Assembly (NCBI GenBank): GCA_963708685.1
Contig: CAVPTP010000012.1
Span: forward strand, 650-64,649
Source of the DNA: an uncultured Actinomycetes bacterium
GTDB lineage: Bacteria; Actinomycetota; Thermoleophilia; Gaiellales; Gaiellaceae
Direction of reading: 5' to 3'
DNA length: 64,000 nt
In this document: one piece after another, positions 9,733 through 19,750 of the stretch
Position numbering within the stretch: the first letter of the stretch is position 1
How the letters are laid out: the number at the start of each line of letters is the position of its first letter
Program-made: the position numbers and the translations under genes
The notes under the pieces: model-generated
Seen by the model: only the letters and a program-made list of their open reading frames with translations
Databases searched by the model: none
What the model was told of the DNA's origin: nothing

Positions 9733-10191
9733 ATGAGGTGGAGGGTCGTTCTGGTCGCTGCGGTCGGCGTTCTCGCAGGCTGCGGCGGGAACGAATCGAC
9801 GGGACAGGCGACCCCGAGCGAGAAGCCGGGGCAGGCGATGGTGCGGCTCGTCCAGCACGAGCTCAACGGCAGGCTCGAGAGCTCCTACGCGATGCTCGTG
9901 AACGAGCAGCGGAAGGCCGTCGACCACGACCTGTACGTGCATTGCCCCGCAGGCGCGCCGCGGAACGACGTGCGCGTCCTGGTACTCGGCGTGAAGGACG
10001 AGCTCTACGACGTGCCCGCGCTCGGAAAGACCGACACGAAGGCCGTCAGCTACGAGATGAGCATCCCGGATGCGCGAGGGAACCGGATGACCGTCACCGA
10101 CACCGGCCATCTCATCGCCGAGGCAGGCGAGTGGCGCTGGACGCTCTCGCAGCGAAGCCTGTCCGCGCTGCTCGTCGGCGCCTGCCCGTAG
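9733..10191 (+). CDS. lipoprotein, function unknown
   Basis: MRWRVVLVAAVGVLAGCGG carries a lipobox (LAGC). It diverges from the NYN gene with only 19 nt between the start codons. Confidence 0.7.
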   Translation: MRWRVVLVAAVGVLAGCGGNESTGQATPSEKPGQAMVRLVQHELNGRLESSYAMLVNEQRKAVDHDLYVHCPAGAPRNDVRVLVLGVKDELYDVPALGKTDTKAVSYEMSIPDARGNRMTVTDTGHLIAEAGEWRWTLSQRSLSALLVGACP

Positions 10192-10231
10192 CTTTCACCC
10201 CGCTCTTAGAGAGGCGGGTTACCGTGCCTGC

Positions 10232-10909
10232 ATGGACGAGCTGCTCACCCGGCGCGGGTCGCTGGTCAGGCTCGGCGGCTTCCTCGCCGCGGGACTGGGC
10301 ATCGGCGCCTGGCGCGCGGCCGACGGCCCTGCGGGCGTCGCCTCGGGCGCCGTCCGCTGCGTGCTGACGCCCGAGCAGACGGAAGGGCCGTACTACATCT
10401 CCGGCGAGAAGCTCCGGCGGAACATCACCGAGGGAAGGCCCGGCAAGCCGCTCGCCCTGCGGACGACGGTCGTCGACGCCTCGACGTGCAAGCCGATCCG
10501 CGACGCCGTCGTGGACATCTGGCACGCCGACGCAGCAGGCGTGTACTCGGGCTTCGGAGCCGGGGCCGCGAACCGGACGGCCATGCGCGGCATCCAGCGG
10601 ACGAACGCCGCGGGGCTGGCGCTCTTCCGGACCGTCTACCCCGGCTGGTACCAGGGCCGGACCGTGCACATCCACGTGAAGGTGCACGTCGGCGGAAACG
10701 TCATCCACACGGGGCAGCTCTACTTCCCCGACTCCTTCACGGACGCGGTCTACAAGAAGTCGCCGTACACGAAGCGGCCGTCACGCGACACGCGAAACAG
10801 CAACGACTTCGTCTACGCGAACGGCGGCAGGAACTCGCTGTTGAGCGTGCGCGCGGACGGCTCGGGCGGATACGTGGCGGCGATCACGATGGGCGTCGTC
10901 AGGGCCTGA
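10232..10909 (+). CDS. intradiol ring-cleavage dioxygenase-like protein with Tat-type signal
   Basis: TRRGSLVRLGG twin-arginine region. TPEQTEGPYY, VDIWHADAAGVYSG, YPGWYQGRTVHIHVKV. Confidence 0.82.
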   Translation: MDELLTRRGSLVRLGGFLAAGLGIGAWRAADGPAGVASGAVRCVLTPEQTEGPYYISGEKLRRNITEGRPGKPLALRTTVVDASTCKPIRDAVVDIWHADAAGVYSGFGAGAANRTAMRGIQRTNAAGLALFRTVYPGWYQGRTVHIHVKVHVGGNVIHTGQLYFPDSFTDAVYKKSPYTKRPSRDTRNSNDFVYANGGRNSLLSVRADGSGGYVAAITMGVVRA

Positions 10910-10911
10910 CT

Positions 10912-10925
10912 GCCGGGGCCCCGGC
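10912..10925. terminator. GC palindrome between convergent genes
   Basis: gccggggccccggc is a perfect 14-nt palindrome lying between the stops at 10909 (+) and 10933 (-). No U-tract follows. Confidence 0.25.
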
Positions 10926-10932
10926 TCCGCGC

Positions 10933-11787
10933 CTAGAGCGAGCCCTTGAACGTGTTGCAGGCGGCGAGCTTCGCCGACTTGAAGCCGACGGTGAACCACT
11001 GCTTGCGTTGTGCCGACGACCCGTGCGTCCACGTCTCGGGATTCACCTGCCCCTGCGTCTCGCTCTGGATCCGGTCGTCTCCGACCGCGGCGGCCGCGTC
11101 GAGCGCGTCCGCGATGTCGGCGGTCGTCACTCCCGTGATGTAGCCCGTCTGCTCGGCATGGTTCGCCCAGACGCCCGCGAGACAGTCCGCCTGCAACTCG
11201 GTGCGGACGGATCCACTCTGGGGGCCCGAGCGGTCGCTTTGCGCGCGCGAGAGCGTGCCCGCGAGATCCTGGACATGGTGGCCGTACTCGTGGGCGATCA
11301 CGTACGCCTGTGCGAACGGGCCGCCCTTCGCGCCGAACTTCGTCCGCAGCTCGTCCAGGAAGCCGAGGTCGATGTACACGCGCTTGTCGACCGGACAGTA
11401 GAACGGCCCCATCTCCTCGCTCGCCCCACCGCAGCCGGTGTCGGTCGAGCCGGTGAAGAAGACCGTCTTCGCGATCGTGTACTTCGGCAACGCCGACGAC
11501 CAGTAGCGCTGGACGCTGTTCACGTCGCCGACGATCCGGCAGTCCTCGCGCGCGTTCGCGTCCGAACCGCTGCGGCAGGTCGCGGCGAGGTCCGACGGAG
11601 TCTGAGCCGACCCTGAAGCGCCGCCGTTGCTGAGCGCCTGGAGGAGGACGAACGCGACGAGCACGACGATCCCGATCCCGCCGCCGCCGACCGCGACGGG
11701 AGGCAGTCCCATCGAGCTGCCGCCCCCGCGGCCGCGGCGGTCCTCCACCTGGGACGTGTCGAGCCTGGCGTTCTTGCGGAAGCGCAT
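10933..11787 (-). CDS. YpfJ-family neutral zinc metallopeptidase (membrane-anchored)
   Basis: N-terminal TM segment [19 protein letters not shown]..., [13 protein letters not shown] zinc motif, [11 protein letters not shown]. Confidence 0.88.
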   Translation of the reverse strand: MRFRKNARLDTSQVEDRRGRGGGSSMGLPPVAVGGGGIGIVVLVAFVLLQALSNGGASGSAQTPSDLAATCRSGSDANAREDCRIVGDVNSVQRYWSSALPKYTIAKTVFFTGSTDTGCGGASEEMGPFYCPVDKRVYIDLGFLDELRTKFGAKGGPFAQAYVIAHEYGHHVQDLAGTLSRAQSDRSGPQSGSVRTELQADCLAGVWANHAEQTGYITGVTTADIADALDAAAAVGDDRIQSETQGQVNPETWTHGSSAQRKQWFTVGFKSAKLAACNTFKGSL

Positions 11788-11874
11788 CGCCGTCTAGTGC
11801 CCGACGACGACGGTCTCCAATCGTCGTTACTCGAACGGCAACGTCATCCGGCTACCGCGGAGGCTGGCGTCCGG

Positions 11875-12253
11875 CTAGCGACCCGAGCGGTCGATCAGCT
11901 CGACGCGGTAGCCGTCGGGATCGCGGACGAAGCAGAGGAGCGACCCGCCCTCGCGCACGCGATACGGCTCCCGCTCGGGCTCGAGCCCCTGCTCCTCGAG
12001 CCGCACGAGCGTCTGCTCCAGGTCGTCGACGGTGACGGCGATGTGGCCGTACCCGGTGCCCGACGTCGTACGAGTCGATCCCGAAGTTGTAGGTCAGCTC
12101 GAGCCGGTCGCCGTCGCCCGGCAGCCCCATGAAGACGTTGATCGCCTCCTCGCGGATCGGCATCCGCCGCCGCTCCTCGAAGCCCAACGCCTCGTAGAAC
12201 GCGACCGAGCGGTCGACGTCGGTGATCCGGTAGCACGTGTGGATGAGCTCCAT
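11875..12253 (-). pseudogene. gloA: glyoxalase I / VOC family; frame break near 12058 (ggg where gg restores the frame)
   Basis: MELIHTCYRITDVDRSVAFYEALGF...LELTYNFGIDSYDVG, then in another frame TGYGHIAVTVDDLEQTLVRLEEQGLEPEREPYRVREGGSLLCFVRDPDGYRVELIDRSGR*. Confidence 0.82.
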
Positions 12254-12265
12254 CGGACGAGCATC

Positions 12266-13139
12266 CTAAGGGCTCAGTCGAAGGAGACGACGAGGCGCGT
12301 GATCCGGCGCGCCCTCCACGGTCAGACGCAGCTCGCCCGCGCGCTTCTCCGGCTCGCGCCGCCAGGCGTAGCCCGCGACGAACGTGTCGCCGTCGTGCCG
12401 CACGTCGAGGACGTCGAGCTCGTCGTCGGGCGGCTGGTCGCGGTAGGCCTGCGCGATCGCGTCCACCCCGACGAACGGCCCGACCGGCACGCCCTCGAAC
12501 GTCATCTCCGCGTCGTCGGCGAACCCTTCGAGCATCGGCGCGAAGTCGCCCGAGCGGACGCCTGCGTTGAAGCGCCGCACGTGCTCGTCCAGAACGTGTC
12601 GTCCCTCGAGGTCCTCGCGGACGATTGCGTACATGACGCTGTCGACCCACCCGTCGCCGCGGCGATACGCCTTCCGCTTCACGCCCTCCTCGATCCAGCC
12701 GACGCGCTCCGCGTGCCGGCGCGCCCGCTCGTTGTACGCGTAGACCTCCATCTGCAGACGGTGGAAGCCGAGGTCGAAGATCAGGTGCCGCTGGAAGAGA
12801 CGCGCGGCGGTGTCGGCGAGGTGCCGGCCGCGGAAGTCCGGATGAACGGCGAGCCGCTCGAGGTGCGCGATGCGGCTGCGCTCGTTCACGCGCTTGAAGC
12901 CCATGGTTCCCGCGGAGCGCCAGTGGCCGTCGTCGTCGACTCTCGATCACGAAGCGCCCGAACGCGGCCGGATCGCGCTCCTGCTGTTCGAGCTCGGCGA
13001 GCAGGGCATCCCGCTCGAACGCTCCGCCCGCGGCGAGATAGGGCCGCACCTCGTCGTGCGTGAAGACGCGGAGCATGAAGTCGACGTCGTCGCCGGTCGC
13101 GCGTCGTATGCGGACGCCGTCGGCCTCGGGCTCCGTCAC
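12266..13139 (-). pseudogene. GNAT N-acetyltransferase fused to an NTF2/SnoaL-like domain; frame breaks near 12943 and 12315
   Basis: VRIRRATGDDVDFM...FVIE | VDDDGHWRSAGTMGFKRVNERSRIAHLERLAVHPDFRGRHL...NERARRHAERVGW. The C-terminal domain reads VRRFNAGVRSGDF...GELRLTVEG. An alternative frame ends RITRLVVSFD* at 12274. GTGA overlap with the upstream EamA gene. Confidence 0.75.
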
Positions 13140-14043
13140 GGTTCCTGAATCGCGGCTCGGCGTCGCACGAGCGTCAGGACCCCGGAGCCGAGCGCGACGC
13201 CTGCCAGGATCAGAGCGAGCCCTCCGAGGCTGGCGACGGTGACCGGCTCGCCGAGCAGGACGGCGCCGTACACCAGCGCGACGGGAGGCATCAGGTACGT
13301 CACGAGGCTCGTGCGCGCGGAACCGTGGAGACGGATCGCGCGGAAGAGGATCAGCTGTGCGAGCACCGTTCCCGCCAGAGTCAGCGCCGCGAGCGAGGCG
13401 ACGGACTTCCAGCCCGGCGCGTGGTCGGGAAGGTCGAGCAACGCGAGTGGAAGCAGGGCGAGCGGCGCCGCCGAGCATCGACGCGGCGGCGAGCGTGGGC
13501 CCGCGCGTGCTCCCGAGGCTCCGCTGCGCGAGGATCCCGCCCCACGCGTAGGAGAGCGAGGCGACGACGACGGCCATCGTCCCGGCGACGAACCACCAGC
13601 CGACGGCCGGCTGTCCGAGCGTGAGCACCGTCACCCCGGCGAACCCGATCAGGACGCCCGCGAGCCGCCGGCGCGACAGCTTCTCGGTCGGCAGCAGCCA
13701 CGGAACCAGCAACGCGTTGAAGATCGGCACGGTCGAGTTCGCGACCGCGGCGATCCCCGAGTCGATGTGCTGCTCTCCCCACGCGATCAGCGTGAACGGG
13801 ATCGCGCCGTTGACGACCCCGATCGCGAAGCCGGCCCAGCCCGTGGCCCTCAACTCGGCGACGGCGGCGCGCCTGCCGAGCGTCAGCGATCAGGAAAAGC
13901 GCGAGCACGATTCCCGCGCCGCCGAGCCGGATCTCGATCATCGCCGCCGGCGGGAAGTCCCGGACCGCGACCTTGATGAAGAGGTACGACGCTCCCCAGA
14001 TCGCCGCGAGCGACCCGATCAGGAAGGCGTAGGAGCGCGTCAC
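13136..14043 (-). pseudogene. EamA/DMT-superfamily transporter; frame breaks near 13467 and 13882
   Basis: Three frames join into about 10 TM segments: YAFLIGSLAAIWGASYLFIK..., WAGFAIGVVNGAIPFTLIAWGEQHIDSGIAAV..., LFRAIRLHGSARTSLVTYLMPPVALVYG. Confidence 0.8.
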
Positions 14044-14044
14044 C

Positions 14045-14063
14045 GGCCGAGGCTACCTCGGCC
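14045..14063. promoter_or_regulatory. perfect hairpin/palindrome in the EamA-purL divergent region
   Basis: ggccgagg-cta-cctcggcc (8-bp arms) lies 2 nt upstream of the EamA GTG and 63 nt upstream of the purL GTG. A TACACT -10-like hexamer sits at 14090-14095. Confidence 0.3.
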
Positions 14064-14125
14064 CGATCAGGCCGTCCGGAGGGCGGCGATACACTGAGTC
14101 CCTGACGCAGGTCGCGGAACAACCT

Positions 14126-16009
14126 GTGCACCGCGCGCTCGGGCTGACGGACGGGGAGCTCGAGCGGATCGGGGGCCTTCTCGGACGCGAGCCGAACCAC
14201 TTCGAGCTCGCGGTGTTCTCGCTGCTCTGGTCGGAGCACTGCGGCTACAAGCACTCGGCGCGGCTGCTGAAGCGGTTGCCGTCGACGGGCGAGCGCGTGC
14301 TCCAGGGGCCCGGCGAGAACGCGGGAGTCCTCGATCTCGGCGAGGGCCAGGCGGTCGCGTTCAAGGTCGAGTCGCACAACCATCCGTCGGCGGTCGAGCC
14401 GTTCCAGGGAGCGGCGACGGGCGTCGGCGGCATCCTCCGCGACATCGTCGCGATGGGCGCGCGGCCGATCGCGCTCCTGGACGGTCTTCGCTTCGGTGCG
14501 CCGGATCACGACTTCGACCGCGCAGTCGCCGGCATCGGCTCGTACGGGAACTCCGTCGGAGTACCGACGGTCGGCGGCGAGACGGTCTTCGACGAGGCGT
14601 ACGCGAGCAATTGCCTCGTCAACGCGATGTGCGTGGGGATCCTTCCCCGCGAGCGCGTGACGCGGGCGAAGGCGCAGGTCCCGGGCCACCTCGTCGTGCT
14701 GTACGGCGCGACGACCGGCCGCGACGGGATCGGCGGCGCATCGGTGCTCGCCTCGCAGGAGCTCGACGCAGATCTCGACAAGCGGCCGAGCGTCCAGGTC
14801 GGCGATCCGTTCACGGGGAAGAAGCTGATCGAGGCGAGCCTCGAGCTCGTCGAGCGCGGGCTCGTCGAGTCGCTGCAGGACTGCGGCGCCGCGGGTCTCG
14901 CGTCTGCGCTCGCGGAGATGGCCTCCGACGGCGCGGGTATCGACGTCCACCTCGACCGCGTGCCGCAGCGCGAGCAGGCGATGGAGCCGTGGGAGATCAT
15001 GATCTCGGAGTCGCAGGAGCGGATGGTCGCGGTCGTGCGCCCGCAGCTGCTCGACACGGTGCTTGAGGTGTGCGGGCGGTGGGAGCTTCCGTGCACGGTG
15101 ATCGGCGAGGTCAGCGACGGCGGGACGCTTCACGCGCTCTACCAGGGCGAGACGGTCGGCGAGATCCCCGCGCGCTTCCTCACCGACGAGTGCCCGCGCT
15201 ACGACGTCGAGCAGCGCGCACGGCCCGAGCCGGCGGCAGAGCCACGGCCCGGCAAGTTCGAGTCGAAGCGGTGGATCTACGAGCAGTACGACCACCTCGT
15301 CGGCTCGCGCACGGTCCGCCGTCCCGGGCTCGACGCGGCCGTGCTCCGGCTGGCGCCGTCGCTGCGCGGCCTTGCCGTGTCGCTCCAGGGCTCGCCGGTT
15401 CGCTGTGCGCCGTTCGACGCCGGCGCTACGGCCGTCTTCGGCGCGGCGCGAAACGTCGCCTGTGCCGGCGGGCAGCCGCTCGGCCTCACCGACTGCCTCA
15501 ACTTCGGCAATCCCGAGAAGGCCGAGGTCGCCTGGGAGCTTGCGCAGGCGATCGACGGGATCGCGGCCGCGGCAAGCGCACTGGGCATCCCGGTCGTCTC
15601 GGGCAACGTCTCGCTCTACAACGAGACCGACGGGCGCCCGATCCCGCCGACCCCGGTCGTCGGCTGTGTCGGGCTCGTGCCGGACGTCCGCCGGATTCCC
15701 GGGCGCTGGCGCGCGGGCGACGCCGTCTTGCTGGCAAGCGTTCCGGCAGGCGCCCTCGACCCGCAGGCGGAGGCCGCGCTGATCCGCTTCCTCTGGAAGG
15801 CCGCGCCGCTACTGACGCTTGCGCACGACGTCGGAAGCGCGGGCCTGGAGGCCGCGCTGGACGAGGCAGCCGACTGGAGCGGGCGGCGCGCCGAGGTCGA
15901 CCTTCCGGGCGAGCCGTCAGGCAGCGCCGCGATCCTCGCGTGTTCGCCGGAAGACGTCGACGAGCTCGGCTCGCGCGGCCTCGTCCGGATCGGCGAGGTG
16001 ACGCTAGCC
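14126..16009 (+). CDS. purL: FGAM synthase large subunit PurL; no in-frame stop before purF
   Basis: ELAVFSLLWSEHCGYKHS, VESHNHPSAVEPFQGAATGVGGILRD, GRDGIGGAS, ISESQERM, DCLNFGNPE. The frame runs straight into the purF GTG at 16010. TGA 15999 and TAG 16005 both lie in the +1 frame. Confidence 0.88.
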
Positions 16010-17412
16010 GTGTGCGGCGTCTTCGGGATCCGGGCGCCGCAGCGCGACGTCGCGCGCATCGCGTATTTCGGGCTCTTCGCGCTTCAGCACCGCGGCCAGG
16101 AATCTGCCGGGATCGCCGTCTCGGACAGCGGACGGCTGACGGTTCTCCGCGACATGGGTCTCGTCTCGCAGGTCTTCGACGAGCAGAACCTCAGCGGCCT
16201 TCACGGCGACGCCGCGATCGCGCACACTCGCTACTCGACGACCGGCTCGACGCGCTGGGACAACGCGCAGCCGCTGATCCACCACGGCGCCGCGAGGACG
16301 ATCGCGCTCGGACACAACGGCAACCTCACGAACGCGGCCGAGATTGCGCGCGCAGCTGGCGGACGAGGGCGTGAAGCTGTCGTCGACCTCGGACAGCGAG
16401 TTGATCGCCGCGCTGGTCACGAGGGACTCCGCACCGCTCGACGAAGCAGTGGCCGGCGCGATGGCGCAGGCTCGAGGGCGCGTATTCGATCGTCGCGCTC
16501 TCGGAAGGCACGCTGATCGCGTTCCGCGACCCGTTCGGTTTCCGCCCGCTCGCGCTCGGCCGGCTCGACGGCGAGTGGGTCGTCGCGTCGGAGACCTGCG
16601 CGCTCGACCTCGTCGGCGCCGCCTTCGAGCGCGAGGTCGCGCCCGGGGAGCTCGTCCTCGTCGACGCGAACGGCCTGCGCTCGATCCAGGCGGTCGAGCC
16701 TGCGGCGCACGGCGCGCTCTGCATCTTCGAGTTCTTCTACCTGGCCCGCCCCGACACGCACCTCGAGAACGTCGAGGTGCACGGCGCGCGCGTTCGAATG
16801 GGCGAGCGGCTCGCTGCAGAGGCGCCGGTCGACGCCGATCTCGTCCTGCCGATCCCCGACTCGGGCACGCCCGCGGCGATCGGCTTCTCCCGCGCGACCG
16901 GAATCCCGTTCAGCGAGGGCCTGATCAAGAACCGCTACGTCGGCCGCACGTTCATCCAGCCGGAGCAAGGGTTGCGCGAGCAGGGGATCAAGCTGAAGTT
17001 CAACCCGCTGGCCGAGCTCGCAGGTAAGCGCGTCGTGGCCGTCGACGACTCGATCATCCGCGGGAACACGACGCGGCAGATCGTGCAGATGCTCTTCGAC
17101 GCGGGCGCGACAGAGGTCCACGTGCGCGTCTCGGCGCCGCCTGTCATCGGTCCCTGCTTCTACGGCATCGACTTCGCCGACCCGGCCGAGCTGATCGGTG
17201 CGGACAGAAGCGTCGAGGAGATTCGCGAGCACATCGGCGCGACCTCGCTCGCGTACCTGTCGCTCGAGGGCCTCGAGCAGTCGACCCTCCGGCCGGCCTC
17301 GGAGCTCTGCCGCGCCTGCTTGACGCGCGACTACCCGACCGACGTGCCCGTCGACGCGACGAAGCTCAAGTTCGAGCGACCGCTCGAAGTGCTCCGCACT
17401 TCGAGCGGATAG
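16010..17412 (+). pseudogene. purF: amidophosphoribosyltransferase; frame breaks near 16343 and 16470
   Basis: V-CGVFGI (N-terminal nucleophile Cys), LQHRGQESAGIA, HTRYSTTG, GHNGNL | LRAQLADEGVKLSSTSDSE | EGAYSIVAL...DSGTPAA...VDDSIIRGNT. Confidence 0.88.
17380..17408. repeat. perfect 29-nt palindrome H1 (13-bp arms, 3-nt loop) inside the last purF codons
   Basis: ccgctcgaagtgc-tcc-gcacttcgagcgg. It is related to H2 at 17555-17583. Confidence 0.8.
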
Positions 17413-17488
17413 ATCTCGAGCACGTCCTCGTCCGGTGTCACCTGGGCCGCGCCGTGGCGGATCGTGAATCGAAGATCCACCCGCGCCG

Positions 17489-17511
17489 GCAGCGCGGCTT
17501 GGCCGCGCTGC
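17489..17511. repeat. perfect GC hairpin (10-bp arms, 3-nt loop) in the purF downstream spacer
   Basis: gcagcgcggc-ttg-gccgcgctgc. Confidence 0.7.
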
Positions 17512-17554
17512 TCACCCGCGACGGCCGAAGCCGGAAACGCTCCAATCAGATCAA

Positions 17555-17583
17555 CCGGTCAAAGTGCATCGCACTTTGACCGG
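17555..17583 (-). terminator. perfect 29-nt palindrome H2; likely intrinsic terminator of the minus-strand gene ending at 17587
   Basis: ccggtcaaagtgc-atc-gcactttgaccgg starts 3 nt after the TAG. On the minus-strand RNA it is followed by UUGAUCUGAUU. Confidence 0.5.
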
Positions 17584-17586
17584 AAG

Positions 17587-17814
17587 CTATTGCTCGAGCA
17601 CGCGCGAAGCCTTCGCGATTCCGCGCGAGATCAGGTAGGCGAACGTGATCGCCGCGGTCGCCGTGACGAACCCGCTCGCGTCCACGGCGTCGCTGAACGC
17701 CCAGATCAGCGCGAAGACGATCTCGACGGCGAACCACAGCGCCCACTCGGCGTTTCCGGGAATCGGCATGCGCGCGACGTTCGTCGGCATGTTGGGCTTG
17801 AACGGCTCGGACAT
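17587..17814 (-). CDS. small membrane protein (75 aa), function unknown
   Basis: AGGAG lies 6 nt upstream of ATG 17814. Two hydrophobic segments: WALWFAVEIVFALIWAF and FVTATAAITFAYLI. Confidence 0.6.
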   Translation of the reverse strand: MSEPFKPNMPTNVARMPIPGNAEWALWFAVEIVFALIWAFSDAVDASGFVTATAAITFAYLISRGIAKASRVLEQ

Positions 17815-17825
17815 TGGTGCTCCTT

Positions 17826-18247
17826 TCAGGCTGCGTGTCGGGGAACGTGCACGATCTCGAGCTTGATCCCGTCGGGGTCGTAGAAGAAGACGGCGTAGTA
17901 GCCGAGGTCGTACGCGTACTCCTCGGGACCGCTCTCGATCTCGGCGCCGGCGCGGCGGAGCCACTCCGCCCGCTCGTCGACCGCCGCGCGCGACGCCGCC
18001 TCGACCGCGAGGTGGTGCAGGCCGATCTCGTAGCGGTCGTACGGACTCGTCGCGCGTCGTCGTCGCCTCGCGCAGGCCGATCGAGCTTCCCGGGCCCGAC
18101 AGGTAGTAGATCGTCTCGCCGCGCTCGCCCTCGACCTCGCTGATCCGGTGGTAGCCGAGCGGCGCGAGCAGATCCCGGTAGAACGGCAGGCTCCGTTCGA
18201 TCGACGAGACGACGAGGTCGACGTGATGGACGCCGGTCGTGTGCACC
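17826..18247 (-). pseudogene. VOC/glyoxalase-family protein; frame break near 18055
   Basis: VHHVDLVVSSIERSLPFYRDLLAPLGY...IYYLSG | YEIGLHHLAVEAASRAAVDERAEWLRRAGAEIE...YYAVFFYDPDGIKLEIVH. Confidence 0.75.
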
Positions 18248-18259
18248 GGCGGCAGGGCT

Positions 18260-19102
18260 TCAACGCGCCTGTTCGAACTCCTGCGCCCGGCCGTAGCGCA
18301 CGGCCCGCCGCACCGCACGCGGATCGAGGCCCTTCTCGAGCAGGCGCTGCCTCAGCTCGCCCTCCGCGCCGAGCCTGAGGAAGAGCCAGGCGAGCGCGAG
18401 GATCGTCACGAGCGACCCCTCGACCATCATCACGCTGCCCGCCAGACGCTGGTCGTTCACGGCATTCATCCCGAACGGCCGTGAGGCGTGCTCGTAAAAC
18501 GAGTAGAAGGCCGTGTTCGGCCAGATGAAGATGTTGCCGAGGACGGTCGAGACGACGCGCACGATCGCGACGTACCCGAGCTTGGCCCCGGTGCCGAACC
18601 ACTCCGGCATCGGAATCGTCTCGAGCACGGGCGTCCACATGACGATTCCGCCCGCGAAGAAGCACGCGTGCTCCAGCGCGTGCACGAAGTCGTGCCGCAG
18701 CGCGGCTTCGTAGAGCCACGGCAGATGCCAGACGTAGAGGTTCACCGCCCAGAGCGCGAGCGCGGCGAACGGATGGAAGACGCGGCGCAGCGGGTGCACG
18801 AACCGAAGCAGCGGCCGGAGCACGGGCCCGGTGACTCCGGCGAGGAGCGCGAGCGGCGCGAGGTCGCCGAGCAGGATGTGCTGCGTCATGTGCAGGCCGA
18901 AGGAGCGCTCGGCGTAGAAATCGACCGGCGAGACGAGCGCCGCGAGCAGGAAGACGATCCCGAGCGCGAAGAGCGCGACCCGCCAGAGCGGCGGCGCCGC
19001 GCCGCGCTCCCGCAGCGTCGATACCCGCTTCGCGTAGAGCGCCGCGAGCAGCAGCACGGGCGCCACCTGCAACGGCTCGAGCGTCCAGTGCGTCATGCTC
19101 AA
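18260..19102 (-). CDS. ctaG: cytochrome c oxidase assembly factor CtaG (Bacillus type, caa3_CtaG family)
   Basis: Polytopic membrane protein with MTQHILLGDLAPLALL, WHLPWLYEAALRHDFVHALEHACFF and DQRLAGSVMMVEG. Confidence 0.85.
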   Translation of the reverse strand: MSMTHWTLEPLQVAPVLLLAALYAKRVSTLRERGAAPPLWRVALFALGIVFLLAALVSPVDFYAERSFGLHMTQHILLGDLAPLALLAGVTGPVLRPLLRFVHPLRRVFHPFAALALWAVNLYVWHLPWLYEAALRHDFVHALEHACFFAGGIVMWTPVLETIPMPEWFGTGAKLGYVAIVRVVSTVLGNIFIWPNTAFYSFYEHASRPFGMNAVNDQRLAGSVMMVEGSLVTILALAWLFLRLGAEGELRQRLLEKGLDPRAVRRAVRYGRAQEFEQAR

Positions 19103-19128
19103 GCCGAGTCTAGAATCGCCCGCGCCCG

Positions 19129-19740
19129 ATGCAGCTGTTCCACTACCACCTGGTCACGAGTCGCGTGCGCGAGGTCGAGGCCCGGTACCTCGCCAAGCTC
19201 GGCTTCGAGCTCGTCGCCCGCTACGGGCGGATCGGCGACGAGCACACGAGCTACGAGCCGGGCGTCGCCTGGCAGGAGCTCGACCGGGTCGGCTTCAAGC
19301 TGCGCCTGACGGAGCTCGAGCGCGGCGCGGTCAACGTCGTCGTCCAGCCCGGGCAGTGGGACGTCCCGCGCGTCGACCACATCGGGATCGCGCTCGACGA
19401 GGACGACTTCGCCGCGACGCTCGCGCGCGCCGACCAGCTCAAGCTGCGGGTGCAGGAGCACGGCGGCAGGCGGACGTTCGTCGCGACCGGCGCCGGCTAC
19501 CGCGTGGAGCTCCATCCGCCGCGCGACTGGCTCGAGGAGCTGCTCGGCCACACGGAGGCGCTCTCGATCGCCGAGCTCCAGCTCAGGGCCGACGACCCGC
19601 AGCGGAAGGCGGAATCGCTGGCCGAGCTCCTCGATCTGCACCACCGTGAATCGGCCCTCGACGTGGGCGAGACGGTCGTCCGCTTCGTCTCCGGCGGCCC
19701 CGTCGGCCGGCCCGAGCTTCACGCCGAGCTGTTCGTTTAA
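19129..19740 (+). CDS. VOC/glyoxalase-like domain protein
   Basis: Intact 203-aa ORF. VDHIGIALDEDDF and YRVELHPP beta-alpha-beta-beta-beta-like segments. This is a weak family call. Confidence 0.55.
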   Translation: MQLFHYHLVTSRVREVEARYLAKLGFELVARYGRIGDEHTSYEPGVAWQELDRVGFKLRLTELERGAVNVVVQPGQWDVPRVDHIGIALDEDDFAATLARADQLKLRVQEHGGRRTFVATGAGYRVELHPPRDWLEELLGHTEALSIAELQLRADDPQRKAESLAELLDLHHRESALDVGETVVRFVSGGPVGRPELHAELFV

Positions 19741-19750
19741 GCTCGCCCGA

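Noticed and set aside
14044-14125. Riboswitch upstream of pur genes (purine or ZTP/pfl type). The short gaps before purD, purM and the CBS gene were also checked.
   Set aside because: The gaps are 10-82 nt, too short for these aptamers. I could not find the conserved ZTP elements (GGGUCGUGACUGGCG ... CCGCCUGGGC) or a purine-riboswitch core anywhere in the window.
17413-17586. Possible tRNA or small RNA gene (ggatc-N10-gatcc stem), or a 49-aa minus-strand ORF (VDLRFTIRHGAAQVTPDEDVLEIY...) in the purF downstream spacer.
   Set aside because: The stem-loop has a 10-nt loop, there is no acceptor/anticodon architecture and no CCA-compatible end. The ORF has no SD, and about half of it runs antisense to purF, where high GC3 is inherited from the sense gene. 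The hairpins are reported as structure only.
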